64,000 nucleotides of DNA, taken from positions 75,549,783 through 75,613,782 of the forward strand of contig NC_068983.1 in assembly GCF_001194135.2 (NCBI RefSeq), given 5' to 3'. This stretch comes from Octopus bimaculoides (lineage: Eukaryota). Position 1 is the first letter of the stretch, and each line of letters starts with the position of its first letter. A program made the translations under genes and the position numbers. The notes under the pieces were generated by a model, which saw only the letters and a program-made list of their open reading frames with translations, was not told the DNA's origin and searched no databases. Shown in pieces: positions 24,418-36,730 of this stretch.

Positions 24418-24793
24418 TTTATTCTTTTATTCTTTTACTTGTTTCAGTCATTTGACTGCAGCCATGCTGGAGCACCGCCTTAACGAGTTTTAGCCGAAGA
24501 AATCAACTCCAGGACTTATTCTATCAGTCTCTTTTGCCAAACTGCTAAGTTATGGGATGCAAACACATCAGCATTGATTGTCAAATGATGGCAGAGGTAC
24601 AAACACAGACACACACATAAATATATACATAAATAGGACGGGTTTCTTTCAATTTTCGTCTACCAAATTGACTCACAAGGCTTTGGTTGGCCTGAGGCCT
24701 TAGTAGAAGACATTTAACCAAGATGCTATACAGTGGGACTGAACCTGGAACCATGTGGTTGGGAAGCAAGCTTCTTACCACACAGCCATGCCT
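24418..24793 (-). mobile_element. SINE family A, near full length
   Basis: Tail ttattcttttattcttttact at the left end, head ttaccacacagccatgcc at the right end. Confidence 0.85.
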
Positions 24794-25058
24794 ACGCCTA
24801 TATATATATAACTCAAGCTAACACACACACACACACACACACACATACACAGTCATATAGTAGAAGACTCTTGCTCAGAGTGCCATGCAGTGAGACTGAC
24901 CTTAGAACAATGAGGTCAGGAAGCAAACTTCTTGCCTCATGTGATGAACTTCTAATAGTTTCTGTCTTATAATTCCAATCACAATGCAGTAGTCATTCAA
25001 AGTTAGAATGGAAAACATCTGTTCATACATGTGTGTATGGTTATGTGCATACATACAT

Positions 25059-25103
<45 letters not shown>

Positions 25104-25654
25104 TACATACAAACGTATGTATGTACATGCATACATACATACATACATACATAGTTATACATATTAATATTTGTTTTTATGTTCAGTTATAAAAAAAATT
25201 TTACATTAATCTGATGGGTTTCTCTATAATTTTGTAGAGTACAAATTTATTATTCTTATACAAGAATGTTGTTGACAGTGACTTTGCAGTTTTGACCAGC
25301 TAAGCCATCATCTGATGGCAAAAGACATGGCTGCTGAAGGTTGGGTAAAGGTTCATTGAAATAGTAGGGTAATACATGCACCCACTTGCCTGTTGTATTA
25401 TGCATACATCAACCTTTGACCATTGCCCATTCTTTAGCCTTACCACCATTTGTTGTTCTACCTCCCATGACTGTTCAAAAATCTTCCTATCTTCTGATTA
25501 TCTCTTCTACTTATCATACCATGCCAGTCATAATTGAAATGCTATGATGTAAAACAAAGGGTTTTGAAAGGCCTTTCCACTCATTAAGCTAATTTTATTA
25601 ACCAACAACTTATTAGTTAATAAACCAACTTGTTTTCCTCATTCCATTTTTCAG

Positions 25655-25694
25655 GTGGAAGATATATGTGACTGAATAATTTTATGTAAATAAA
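25655..25694 (+). CDS. Candidate short terminal exon (WKIYVTE*, or VEDICD* in another phase) with AATAAA at 25689-25694
   Basis: Strong acceptor ttgttttcctcattccatttttcag|G; all three frames stop within 25 nt. Confidence 0.2.
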
Positions 25695-25774
25695 TAATTA
25701 TACAGCAAATCAATAACAAAAGACAAAACAAAATACAAAAAACAGCAAAAGTCCATAGGACACTCATAATCAAT

Positions 25775-25975
25775 GGTTTCAAATTTTGCCACAAGGGCAG
25801 CAATTTTGAGGAAGGGGATAAGTCAATTACATCAACCCCAGTGTTTTACTGGTACTTAATTCATCAACCCCAAAAGGATGAAAGGCAAAGTCTAACTTGG
25901 TAGAGTTTGAACCCAGAACATAGTGACAGGCGAAATACCACTAAGCATTTCGTCCAGCATGTTAACAATTCTGAA
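25775..25975 (-). mobile_element. SINE family C
   Basis: aaaggatgaaaggcaaagtc...gaaataccactaagcatttcgtccagcatgttaac. Confidence 0.75.
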
Positions 25976-26254
25976 TTAGGTTGATGCTCAAAGTGGAAGA
26001 AGATATAAAATGAAAGGTATAGAGTGAATGTTTAATGTTCTGGATGTTGTTCTTCATTGGATGCATGGAGAAAAGTCCAGGAAAGAGGAGGAAGACAGGA
26101 AGAAAAGAAATTAGGAAAGAGAAGAAAGAGCCAGGAAAAAATGCACATGAGTGTTCCAGTGTTCAATCTCTGACTAACTGGAAGTGTTTTAATTGATTGT
26201 GGTTTTTAATGGCAGGAGAGTGCTTACAAGTGTATGCCAGAATGTGTGTCTATG

Positions 26255-26455
26255 TGTGTGTGTGTGTGAATATATGCGTGTGAGAAATCATATGTGAGGG
26301 TACATGTGTATACAGTGTCTGCATGTATATATATTTGCATGTGTGCAAGTCGTGTGTGTGTGTGTGTGAATATATGAGTGTGAGCAATCAAATGTGAAGG
26401 TACATGTGTATACAGTGTCTGTATGTATATATATTTGCATGTGTGCAAGTTGTGT
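26255..26455. repeat. ~100-bp tandem duplication built on TG microsatellite
   Basis: gtgaatatatg.gtgtgag.aatca.atgtga.ggtacatgtgtatacagtgtctg.atgtatatatatttgcatgtgtgcaagt occurs twice. Confidence 0.8.
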
Positions 26456-27034
26456 GTGTATGTATGCAAGTCGTGTGTGTGTGTTATACCTTATAAAATT
26501 TTAAAGACAGCATATGGACAGTTGGTACTACTTCCATGGATGCCTAGGGATCTGCTGATTTCAGTTTGGGAACTACTGCCTTCAGCCCAATCTTTTCTCA
26601 GCTAGCTTGACTATCTAGTAGACTGAGGCTGTTGTTACACTGAATAGTAAAGTAGGGAAAAATTTAAAAAAAAACATAAGCTTAGGTTAAAAATCCTAGA
26701 TCTGTAATTTAGGGTTGTAACTACACAAAATTAGTGACTATGTTTTGTCTTTACATTGTAAAATTTTAAGTAACCAAGGAATTCAAGTGGAGGTAATCAA
26801 CATTCCAAGGTTTACTTAGCTATACAGTTCTCGTCCAAAATTATCAGAAGCTCCTGAAACAAATCTCTAAAACTTGACCCACAATGGTTGAAGTATTACA
26901 ATAAATTTTCTTATTGAACAAGTAAAAGAGATCATGTTTAAACAGGTTGGTCTCTAAACATAAGAAGGGAAGAGAGAAAGAGTGAGAGAGAGAGAGAGAG
27001 AGAGAGGGGTGGGAGGGGGAGAGGGAGAATGAGA

Positions 27035-27215
27035 GAGAAAATGATAGTGTATATGCAGATTAAAGAGAAAGAAAGAGTGTGTGTATGCATATGAAAGAGA
27101 GAGTGAGGGGGGAGAAGGAGAAAGAAAGAGAAAATAATAGTGTATATTCAGATTAAAGAGAAAGAAAGAGTGTGAGTATGTATGCATATGAAAGAGAGAG
27201 AGAGAGAGAGAGAAT
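27035..27215. repeat. ~95-bp tandem duplication in a GA-rich tract
   Basis: gagaaaat.atagtgtatat.cagattaaagagaaagaaagagtgtg...gcatatgaaagagagag occurs twice. Confidence 0.75.
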
Positions 27216-27231
27216 GTGGGGGGTATATAAG

Positions 27232-27263
<32 letters not shown>

Positions 27264-27890
27264 GAGGGGTATATGAATAAGAAAGAGAGATAGAATGTGT
27301 TTGTATGCGTGTACATGTGTATGAGTGAATAACGAGAAAATGGGTAAGAATACGATAAAGGGATTGTGAGTAGATGAGAGAGATAGAATGTGGATATGTG
27401 TGTATGGGTGAATGAATGTATGTGTTTGTAACAAAGGAAGAGAGACAGGGAGAGAAAGAGTAAAAGAGAAAAAGAATGAGGATGAGATAGAGAAAGATTT
27501 AGTGAGATTACATCTGCAAATAGCTTTCTTGTCTCTATTCTTTTATTGATTGTATTTCTTCCTTTATACTCACCCCACTTCAATAAGCTTTTTATTTTAG
27601 CTGAGGTTAAATTCCTTTCTAACAATGGTTAAAGAGTTTAAGAGTCAAAGGTCAGGATATCTGGAGATAAATTACTAGAATTTCAAGGGAGTAGTCAGTG
27701 ACTTACACTGGCAAGAGTCAACTGCCAGTAAAAACTACTTTTGTCATTGTTTCTTAGCTCCAGGTCACTTTATAATCAAAGGTGTTCTAACTGTAACCAT
27801 TCTAGCTTAGCTTAATTTTAAGGCAGTAAGGTATGATTTGAGGGAAATTTAATTTCACTGTTATTTCTACAGATTGAGTAGCTACCATGT

Positions 27891-27976
27891 AGAGAGATCT
27901 TCTTCATTGGCACTGTAAAAAAGAATTTGACATAGAGAGATCATCTTCATTGGCACTGTAAAAAAGAATTTGACAT
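27891..27976. repeat. 43-bp direct tandem duplication
   Basis: AGAGAGATC(T/A)TCTTCATTGGCACTGTAAAAAAGAATTTGACAT x2, one mismatch. Confidence 0.9.
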
Positions 27977-28332
27977 GGAGACAAAGGTATAATGTTCTCC
28001 TATCTGGATTGAAATGTATATCTAGATCTCCTATGTACATTTTCACCAATTATGGTTTTGGTCCCCTGCGATGATACAAGTTTCTTTCCTCAATTCAGAT
28101 ATAATATTTGCTATTTCAGAACTTTTCAGATTAAAATCAGTCTTTTTTGTATTGTTTGTTCTTTTCCTTCTTTCATTTTTATCCTCTCACACCTTTACTT
28201 TTCCCCACTTCTTCCACTTTTGATCTGTATCTTGGCAAAAGGAGACGAGCTTACAACAACGACATATTGTTTAAAAATCTTATAGTAAAAGTCTCTGGAG
28301 GTGAAATGTTAATTTTTGGAAACATAAGACAA

Positions 28333-28416
<84 letters not shown>

Positions 28417-28624
28417 GTTACTAAAAAGACTGGTAGAATTGGTTGAGTGGTATACAGAATACCTGTATTTCACATTCTGAGTTCAAATCCCTCAGAGGTC
28501 AGTTATGCTTTTCATTCTCATGGTGTCAATGAAATAAAGTACCACTCATATTGCGTGTGGGGAATCAACCAACTATTTCTTCTCCAAAATTTATGCCCTT
28601 AAATAATTATCAAAAAATTCAGTA

Positions 28625-28832
28625 CCACCTGATTGGCCCTCATGCCAGTGGCATGTAAAAGCACCCACTGCACTCTCAGAGTGGTTGGCCTTAGGAAGGG
28701 CATCCAGCTGTAGAAACTCTGCCAGATCAGATTGGAGCCTTGTGCAGCCATCTGGTTCACCAGTCTTCAGTCAAATCGTCCAACCCATGCTAGCATGGAA
28801 AGCGGACGTTAAACGAGGATGATGATGATGAT
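28625..28832 (+). mobile_element. RTE 3' end (family B) between degenerate SINE C copies
   Basis: Conserved family B UTR ending ggacgttaaacgaggatgatgatga. Confidence 0.85.
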
Positions 28833-29201
28833 TAATGGTGGTGGACTGATAGAATCAGCAGAGTGGACAAAATACTTTGTTCTATTTCATTTCTGCCTCT
28901 TCATATTTTGAGTTTAAATCCTGCCGAGGTCAACTTTGTTCTATCCAACTAGGATCAATGAAATAGAGAACAAGTTAGGTTCTGAGTTCAATTTAATTGA
29001 CTATATCTCCCTCGATAAAATTTGCAACCTTGTGGCCTATGTTAGAAATCATCATCATCATACTTTGCTAAATATGTAATTCTTTGAAAGCTTGGGAAAA
29101 GGAATGGAAGTAGTACCCTCCCAGTGGAGAGGGACCTGATTGTGGACCTCACTAAACCATTACAAGGTTGCTATTAGCTAATCAGAAAGTAGTTGGTATA
29201 C

Positions 29202-29432
29202 GGTGGAGAGCTGGCAGAAATGTTAGCACACTGGGCAAAATGCTTAGCGGTATTTCGTCTGCCGCTACGTTCTGGGTTCAAATTCCGCCGAGGTCGACTT
29301 TACCTTTCATCCTTTCGGGGTCGATTAAATAAGTACCAGTAATGCACTGGAGTCGATATAATCGACTTAATCCCTTTATCTGTCCTTGTTTGTCCCCTCT
29401 GTGTGTAGCCCCTTGTGGGCAGTAAAGAAATA
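29202..29432 (+). mobile_element. Full-length SINE C variant with an alternative tail and 18-bp TSD
   Basis: TSD AGAAAGTAGTTGG(T/C)ATAC at 29184-29201 and 29433-29450; B-box-like gggttcaaattcc; gtcgactttacctttcatcctttcggggtcg central domain. Confidence 0.9.
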
Positions 29433-29989
29433 AGAAAGTAGTTGGCATACGCAAAGGGCTTAGGTAAGGCTATGGTTGAACACTTTATACCTTGTATAGA
29501 TCAAGTTGTCATGAATCTAATCCACTATATATATCTAGTGTTTTAGGTATCCCCATATGACAAAGATCCCCTTATGTCACACTCTCTGACCACTTTGATC
29601 CTGGGCTTGAAAATATACTTTAGAGTTGGGGAAAAATATCAGTTATTTTAATATTCTAAATATTATTTTAACAAGGTCACAAGCATTGTAAAGAGGGAGC
29701 ATAGATGCTTAAATCAACTTCTATACTTGACCCATGTGCTATATTTTATTGGATCTGGAAGGATAAAAAGACAAAACTAATTTGGGTAACACTAGGAACT
29801 TAGAAGAAAAAGGATATTAAACAAGTCAATACATTTTCCCTGATTCTACTGCTCTGTCACACTAAGAATCATCATTCTAAGGACAAAGCACAGTCTATGA
29901 ATCTGGTAAGGCATACACCATGTGGATGTTGAATGGAAATTTATAGGTTTCACCATAAAAATCAATGAATATAGAAGTTTGTACTTTAA

Positions 29990-30209
29990 CCCTGTAGCAT
30001 TCAGGTTACTCTGTCAAGTGTAATGATTATTCATTCATATTCTTTTGAATTAATCATACACTACCTTATAGCTTTGAGATTTCAACATTATGACTGATTA
30101 TTTTTAGAATGACATTATAAGGTAGGTGAGAGGGGCTGAATCTAGCTGGTTTGAATTTAAAACAGGTAAGATATTTTGGCTGGATATGGTTGGTTTAAAT
30201 GCTAAAGGG
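29990..30209. mobile_element. piggyBac-like MITE
   Basis: TTAA at 29986-29989 and 30210-30213; terminal inverted repeats CCCTGTAGCATTCA / TAAATGCTAAAGGG. Confidence 0.75.
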
Positions 30210-30479
30210 TTAAGGTCTTATAGCAGGAATGCTGTAATAAATAGTGATTTTTTAAGGGCTCTATTAATAGAGTTAGTTTTGTCTGTGGCTACTTTAATCA
30301 AAAGCTAGGTTGTGATGAGTTTATTCACTGTTTTTTAATATTTACTATTAATATTCCACCACCCATCAGTGTGAATAAGATGCGGTCGACCTTGGCCTGC
30401 TTAAAAGTACAGCGACTTTGAACAAGAACTGATTCAGACTGTGACAACCCCACTAACCCACACCAGTATATAAAGTGGA

Positions 30480-30640
30480 TATGAATGAATGATGATGATG
30501 ATGAAAAGGAAGACAAGGATGAGAAATGAAGAAGAAGAAGAAGAAGAAGAAGAAGACGAAGAAGAAGAAGAAGAAGAAGAAGAAGAAGAGGAAAAAGAAG
30601 ACGAAGAAGAAGGAGGAGGAGGAGGAGGAGGAGGACTGGT
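30480..30640. repeat. (GAT)n-(GAA)n-(GGA)n compound triplet repeat
   Basis: Direct reading. Confidence 0.95.
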
Positions 30641-31061
30641 AGAATAAAATAGAGTTGCAGGAAAGTGTTTTGATGTAGTTAATGACGTCTCTTTACATTC
30701 CAAGTTCAAATATTGCCGTGGTTGACTTTGTCTTCTTACCCTTCCAGGGTCAATAAAATAAAGTAGCAGTCAAGTAGAGAGGTTGGTTTAATCCCCTACA
30801 CTCCACCTATTTCTACAAAGGTTCATGGCCTTTAGCAAAATTAACATTTCCTCCTCTCTAAAGTCCTTATTACAACACTATTATAGTTGAATCCAGCACT
30901 AAATTTCAATGAAATACTCAATGAGTGATGTGTTGTTTATTCACCTGTCCTCAACTTTGTTTAGTCTGACCACAACAATTGATTTCTGAATTATATTATA
31001 GAAAAATCACATATTTGTCACAAAGGGGGTTGCAGTCAATTGAATTAACCTCAATATATAG

Positions 31062-31231
31062 TCGTAGGAGTGGCTGTGTGGTAAGTAGCTTGCTTACCAA
31101 CCACATAGTTCCGGGTTCAGTCCCACTGTGTGGAACCTTGGGCAAGTGTCTTCTACTATAGCCTTGGGCCGACCAAAGCCTTGTGAGTGGATTTGGTAGG
31201 CAGAAACTGTAAGAAGCCCGTCGTATATATG

Positions 31232-31262
<31 letters not shown>

Positions 31263-31460
31263 CTGTGTTTGTCCCCCCCAACATCGCTTGACAACTGATG
31301 CTGGTGTGTTTACGTCCCCGTAGCTTAGCAGTTCGGCAAAAGAGACCAATAAAATAAGTACTAGGCTTCCAAAGAATAGGTCCTGGGGTCGATTAGCTTG
31401 ACTAAAGGTGGTGCTCCAGCATGGCCACAGTCAAATGACTGAAACAAACAAACGAGTGAA
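31062..31460 (+). mobile_element. SINE family A, full length, little diverged
   Basis: ggagtggctgtgtggtaagtagc...ccgggttcagtccc...internal (TA)n(TG)n...aatgactgaaacaaac. Confidence 0.9.
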
Positions 31461-32014
31461 AATATATTACTGGTACTTATCTGAGCCACAAGGAAACCTC
31501 AACAGATTCACTCACACTGCTAGAAATAGCACCTAAATTTCCCCTAAATCATACACTACAGTCTGAAATAAGAAAAGAAAAGAAAAAAAAAAGCAGCAGT
31601 GAATAATGTAGTTCTAGAGCTATATAAAATAACTTGATGGTTACAGGCAGAAAGCTTTTGGTCATAGATTTACTTGACTGAGGTTAGTCTATATTCATCC
31701 ATCAGAGTGATGGGGATCATCTAGTCATCCTTAGGGGTGGCTGATGACTTTGTTTAAAGTGAAGAAGTATTATGCACTATCAGCTTCACTCTTTCGTCTG
31801 TGGCCATCTTCAATCCACCAGCAAGACCAGGTCAAGACATCTGGGGATGGAGACAGATGCAAGAGATGAACAAGCTGTCTTACTTGCCTCATCTTGCTCT
31901 CTGCACTCCACAATGTGTTGCTGTAGCCATCTTTCTTTCCGTGGAATCACAAATGTTTCTTCTGCAAAGTCTGCCAGATCCAGTTTTCACACGCAAGCCC
32001 CTAACATGCTAATT

Positions 32015-32165
32015 AACTCATAGCTGGGGCCCGAACAGGTGTTGTTATTTCAGGTCAGAGTAGACCTGGGAACAATAGTTGTTAGGAGGTGGTTCCACTC
32101 CTCAAAATCCTGGCATGCCTGAACCAGGGCACCACTACTGGATCCAGTTTAAAACCATACCCAGG
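32015..32165 (+). repeat. Unclassified interspersed repeat (family G); second copy at about 55760-55925
   Basis: ggtcagagtagacctgggaacaatag...aggtggttccac shared between the two sites. Confidence 0.7.
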
Positions 32166-32310
32166 ACAATAACAATAGCAACAACAATAGCTGGTACTTA
32201 TTTCCATTGACTCAAGATAAATAAAAGGTAAAGTTAAACCTAGTGGAATTTAAACTCAGTTTATAAAAATGACCAAACTAAATGGTATACCACATCTATA
32301 GTGACATTCT

Positions 32311-32683
32311 GTAGAGGCGCAATGGCCCAGTGGTTAGGGCAGTGGACTCGCGGTTTCGATTCCCAGACCGGGCGTTGTGAGTGTTTATTGAGCGAAAACA
32401 CCTAAAGCTCCACAAGGCTCTGGCAGGGGATGGTGGCGAACCCTGCTGTACTCTTCCACCACAACTTTCTCTCATTCTTTCTTCCTGTTTCTGTTGTACT
32501 TGTAATTCAAAGGGTCAGCCTTGTCACACTGTGTCACGCTGAATATCCCCGAGAACTACGTTAAGGGTACACGTGTCTGTGGAGTGCTCAGCCACTTGCA
32601 CGTTAATTTCACAAGCAGGCTGTTCCATTGATCGGATCAACTGGAACCCTCGACGTCATAAACAATGGAGTGCCAGCAACAAC
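32311..32683 (+). mobile_element. Full-length tRNA-headed SINE family D with 11-bp TSD
   Basis: TSD AGTGACATTCT at 32300-32310 and 32684-32694; A-box-like TGGCCCAGTGG, B-box-like GGTTTCGATTCC, CAA tail. The head lacks ~14 bp present in the 58880 copy. Confidence 0.92.
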
Positions 32684-33139
32684 AGTGACATTCTACTACA
32701 ATTCCTAATTTCTAACTTACTAAAAATTCTTATCTGATGCTAGCCAGGAAACACTGCATTGATACTCATATACACATATGAAGACCCCAGGCCCCACATT
32801 CCTTATACTCAATCCTTCCTTCCCAGAACATCAGCCCTCTAGAAGTTCCTTCTTGCTCATGTCTTACATGCAGGTGCTGATTTGCCTTGGTTCAAAAGGA
32901 ACATTATCAGGGCTGATCTCACTGTTGTTGGAGGTCCATAGCCACTGTTCCTTCCTCCAGATCCAGCAAATAAAACATAGACACATACATGCTCAGACAC
33001 AAACACACACACACACACATACACCTATGCATATCTAAACTCTTCCTCTTGTATTCTGACAAGCTTGCTATCACATGGGATTCCAGGACACAAAATCTAT
33101 TTTCCTATTGTCTTTTGTTTTATGCAATGTAGAAGTCAT

Positions 33140-33325
33140 CATCATCATCATCAACATCGTTTAACGTTCGCTTTCAATGCTAGCATGGGTTGGACGATTT
33201 GACTGAGGACTGGTCAACCAGAAGGCTGCACCAGGCTCCAATCTGATCTGGCAGAGTTTCTACAGCTGGATGCCCTTCCTAATGCCAACCACTCAGAGAG
33301 TGTAGTGGGTGCTTTTACATGCCAA
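33140..33325 (-). mobile_element. RTE 3' end (family B)
   Basis: catcgtttaacgttcgctttcaatgctagc...gtagtgggtgcttttacatgcca. Confidence 0.85.
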
Positions 33326-33767
33326 AAATATTTCATGTTATGGAACTCTATAAACTCAGAAAAAATGATGGGATGGTGATGGATAGAATATTTTTAATCA
33401 TAGGTTTGCTCAATTAGGGATTAACCAGAGGATAAACAACAGCAACAACAACAAACACTTCATTCTCTTTCCTTCTGAAAAATGCATCCCTCTGCTCTGG
33501 ACCACCTTTCCAACCTCCTATCTTCCCCATGGACACCTGCCAACAGAAATCAAAGTCAAACATCAACCTCACCACTCTTACAATGTCAACAAAATGACAG
33601 AAACTGCCTCTCTTTCTTGCACATCATCATCATCATCATCATAGTTATTGTCATTTAAGATCCCCTTTACAATGCCAGCATGGGTCAGACAGAATTTGAT
33701 GAAGCTGCTTTTCCATGGTTGGATGCCCTCCCTGTTCCCCAAAAAGATAATATTACCCATGGCCATA

Positions 33768-33904
33768 TAGCTTGCTTACCAACCACATGGTTCCAGGTTC
33801 AGTCCCACAGCATGGCACCTTGGGCAAGTGTCTTCTACTATAACCTCAGCCTGACCAAAGCCTTGTGAGTGGATTTTGTAGATGGAAACTGAAAGAAGCC
33901 CGTC

Positions 33905-33954
<50 letters not shown>

Positions 33955-34160
33955 TTGTGTGTCTGTGTTTGTACCCCACAACATCACTTGACAAGTGATG
34001 CTGGTGTGTTTATGTCCTCGTAACTTAGCGGTTTGGCAAAAGAGACCAATAGGATAAGTACTAGGCTTACAATGAATAAGTTCTGGGATCGATTTGCTCG
34101 ACTATAGGTGGTGCTCCAGCATGGCCACAATCAAATAACTGAAACAATTAAAAGAATAGT
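33768..34160 (+). mobile_element. SINE family A
   Basis: Same layout as 31062-31460, internal (TG)n. Confidence 0.85.
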
Positions 34161-34704
34161 AGAAAATACTTGCCCAAGGTGCCACACTGTGGGACTGGAC
34201 CCAAAATTACATAGTTGGAAATCAAGCATCTTAACCAAGCAGGTTATTTTATTTTAAGTCTTTGAAACTGGTGGGTGAGAGAGGAAGTAACTGTTTTATT
34301 CTGAGACTGAAGATCTGGGTCTGAATGCTTGTTACAGAATGGTCTTCACTAAAAGTATGCAAGGACCAGACAGTAGTTGTGGTGGTAGGAATAAAACTAG
34401 AGGATGGATTAAATTGCAAAGTTACCCTGAATTGAAATTACAATGACTTTGGTATTAATGAAAATGTAAATAAGCTGCAGTGGGGGGGGGGGGAGAGAAA
34501 GAGAATCTGGTGTAAGAGGCACAAACAAAAAAGCTTAGTAACCAGATCATCCATCATTAGACATGATAGAACAAGCTGTAGTTTGAAATGCATGTGTGGA
34601 GAGTTAATGATGGAGCTTCCATGGTCACCAATTCTCTCAATAACAACAACTTAATCTCACAAAAATTTCAGCCTACCATGTTAAGGAAAAAGATGTCGTC
34701 GACG

Positions 34705-35355
34705 TCATCATCATTTAATGTCCATTTTCCATGCTGGCATGGATTGGACAGCTTGACAGGAATGGGTAAAGCCAGGGGTGGCACCAGGTTCCATAGTCTG
34801 TTTTGGCATGATTTCTACAGCTGGATGCCTTATCTAATGCCTACCACTTTACATAGTGTACTGGGTGCTTTTTATGTGGCACCATCACCAGTTCATTTTA
34901 AGCAGTGCCAGCATCAGTGCTGGATATCATCATCATCATCATCATCATCATCGTTTAACGTCTGCTTTCCATGCTAGCATGGGTTGGACGATTTGACTGA
35001 GGACTGGTGAACCAGATGGCTGTACCAGGCTCCAATCTGATTTGGCAGAGTTTCTATGGCTGGATGCCCTTCCTAATGCCAACCACTCCGAGAGTGTAGT
35101 GGGTGCTTTTACGTGCCACCGGCATGAAGGCCAGTCAGGCGGTACTGGTAACGTCCACGCTCAAAATGGTGTATTTTATGTGCCACCTCCACAGGAGCCA
35201 GTCCAGGGGCACTGGCAACGATCTCGCTCGAATGTCTTTACACGTGCCACTGGCACAAGTGCTAGGAAGGCAACGCTGGGCACAGGTGCCATCACGATTT
35301 CGCTTTCGCTTGCCCCAACAGGTCTTCACAAGCCGAGTTTCGTGTCCAATGTATA
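34705..35355 (-). mobile_element. Two adjacent RTE 3' ends (older 34705-34905; younger 34925-35355)
   Basis: Each starts with a (CAT)n tail. The second carries the hairpin subunits and the caacaggtcttcacaagc ORF end. Confidence 0.85.
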
Positions 35356-35546
35356 TAAAAAAAAAAAGACAGGATGAATATAGCTGAAATTACTTTTGAT
35401 CATAGGTCTGGTTGGTAAGAGTTGGCCTGGAGCAAAATACCAGCAACAAGAATCACAAGGAAAATGACTGAAATGGTAAAGTACTGGCATAAATGTCCTT
35501 GTAACACTTAGTTATGTCCCTTTATTACTCTGCCTTTTGTCATTCT

Positions 35547-35978
35547 TTTCTACTCTAGGCACAAGGCCCAAAATTTTGGGGGAGGGGGCCAGTCGATTAG
35601 ATTGACCTCAGTACGCAACTGGTATTTAATCTATCGACCCTGAAAGGATGAAAGGCAAAGTTGACCTCGGTGGAATTTGAACTCAGAATGTAAAGACAGA
35701 TGAAGTACTGCTAAGCATTTCACCCGGCATGCTAACGTTTCTGCCAGCTTGCTACCTTAAATATAATAGTAGCCATATATTCTTTTCTACTCTAGACAGA
35801 AGGCCCAAAATTTTTGGGGCAGGGGTCAGTTGATTAGATTGACCCCAGTACATAACTGATACTTAATTCATCAACCTCGAAAGGATGAAAGGCAAAGTTT
35901 ACCTCGGTGGAATTTGAACTCAGAACACTGCTAAGTATTTCACCTGGCGTGCTAATGTTTCTGCCAGCTTGCTACCTT
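35547..35978 (-). mobile_element. Head-to-tail dimer of SINE C enclosed by one 16-bp TSD
   Basis: TSD TGCCTTTTGTCATTCT at 35531-35546 and 35979-35994; monomers at about 35547-35758 and 35781-35978. Confidence 0.85.
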
Positions 35979-36039
35979 TGCCTTTTGTCATTCTGGGCAT
36001 AAAATAAATACCTACCCACATTATATAAAAATTAGTTAA

Positions 36040-36525
36040 CCAATTTGCTACCATATTTCTGTTGAGATGCTCTGTGTTTCTTTCAATTAATTCAAAATAT
36101 AAAGAATTTAGTAAAATGATTTAGTTATCATTAAGCTAGTGTTAGGAACATAAATTGTGACTAAGGTTTGGTGGAAGATTTTAATTCAGAACTTTTGAAA
36201 ACAAGACATTTGCACTACAGAGCCAGAGACGGTTTCAGCTGGGTTGGTATCAAAAGGATTAAAGTCTGTTTCAAGTTGATACATCCGTTATGCATTTAAC
36301 CCTTTTGTTACTGTATTTATTTTGAAATACTCTGTGTTTCTTTCAGTTATTTTAAATATAACAAAGAATTTAGTAAAATAACTTTGTTATCATAAAGTTA
36401 ACACTGTAAGGAACATAAATTGTGACTAAGGTTTGGAAGAAGATTTTAATTTAAAACTTATGAAATTATGAAAACAAGACATTTGTACTACAGAGCCAGT
36501 TTCAGCTGGGTTGGTAATGAAAGGG
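36040..36525. mobile_element. Two neighbouring copies of a ~220-bp piggyBac-like MITE (36040-36258, 36300-36525)
   Basis: Each copy is bounded by TTAA with CC(C)TTT.../...AAAGG(G/A) termini; the two interiors align. Confidence 0.75.
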
Positions 36526-36730
36526 TTAAGCAATTTGAGAGTACAAGACTTCTTTTCTGAACAGGACACCAATCTGCTGAAGAGATGAATCCCTACTCCC
36601 AGCTATAGCTAGAACTCATTTTCAGCTGAAGTAATGCGAAATGAAGTGCCTTACTGCCCAGCCTCAGAATGGAACTCATGAAATCAACGACCAAACCACT
36701 GTGCCACATACCTTCAAATTAGTTATATAG

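Noticed and set aside
27570-27660. Strong minus-strand donor GG|GTGAGT
   Set aside because: The best upstream acceptor gives stops in all frames, and the alternative acceptor is weak.
31741-31770. CTGATGA-CTTT-GTTT-AAAG-TGAAG
   Set aside because: GAAG rather than GAAA, no stem III or I, and no PLE context.
32311-32400. tRNA-like A/B boxes
   Set aside because: They belong to SINE heads with tails and TSDs; no complete cloverleaf tRNA gene was found in the window.
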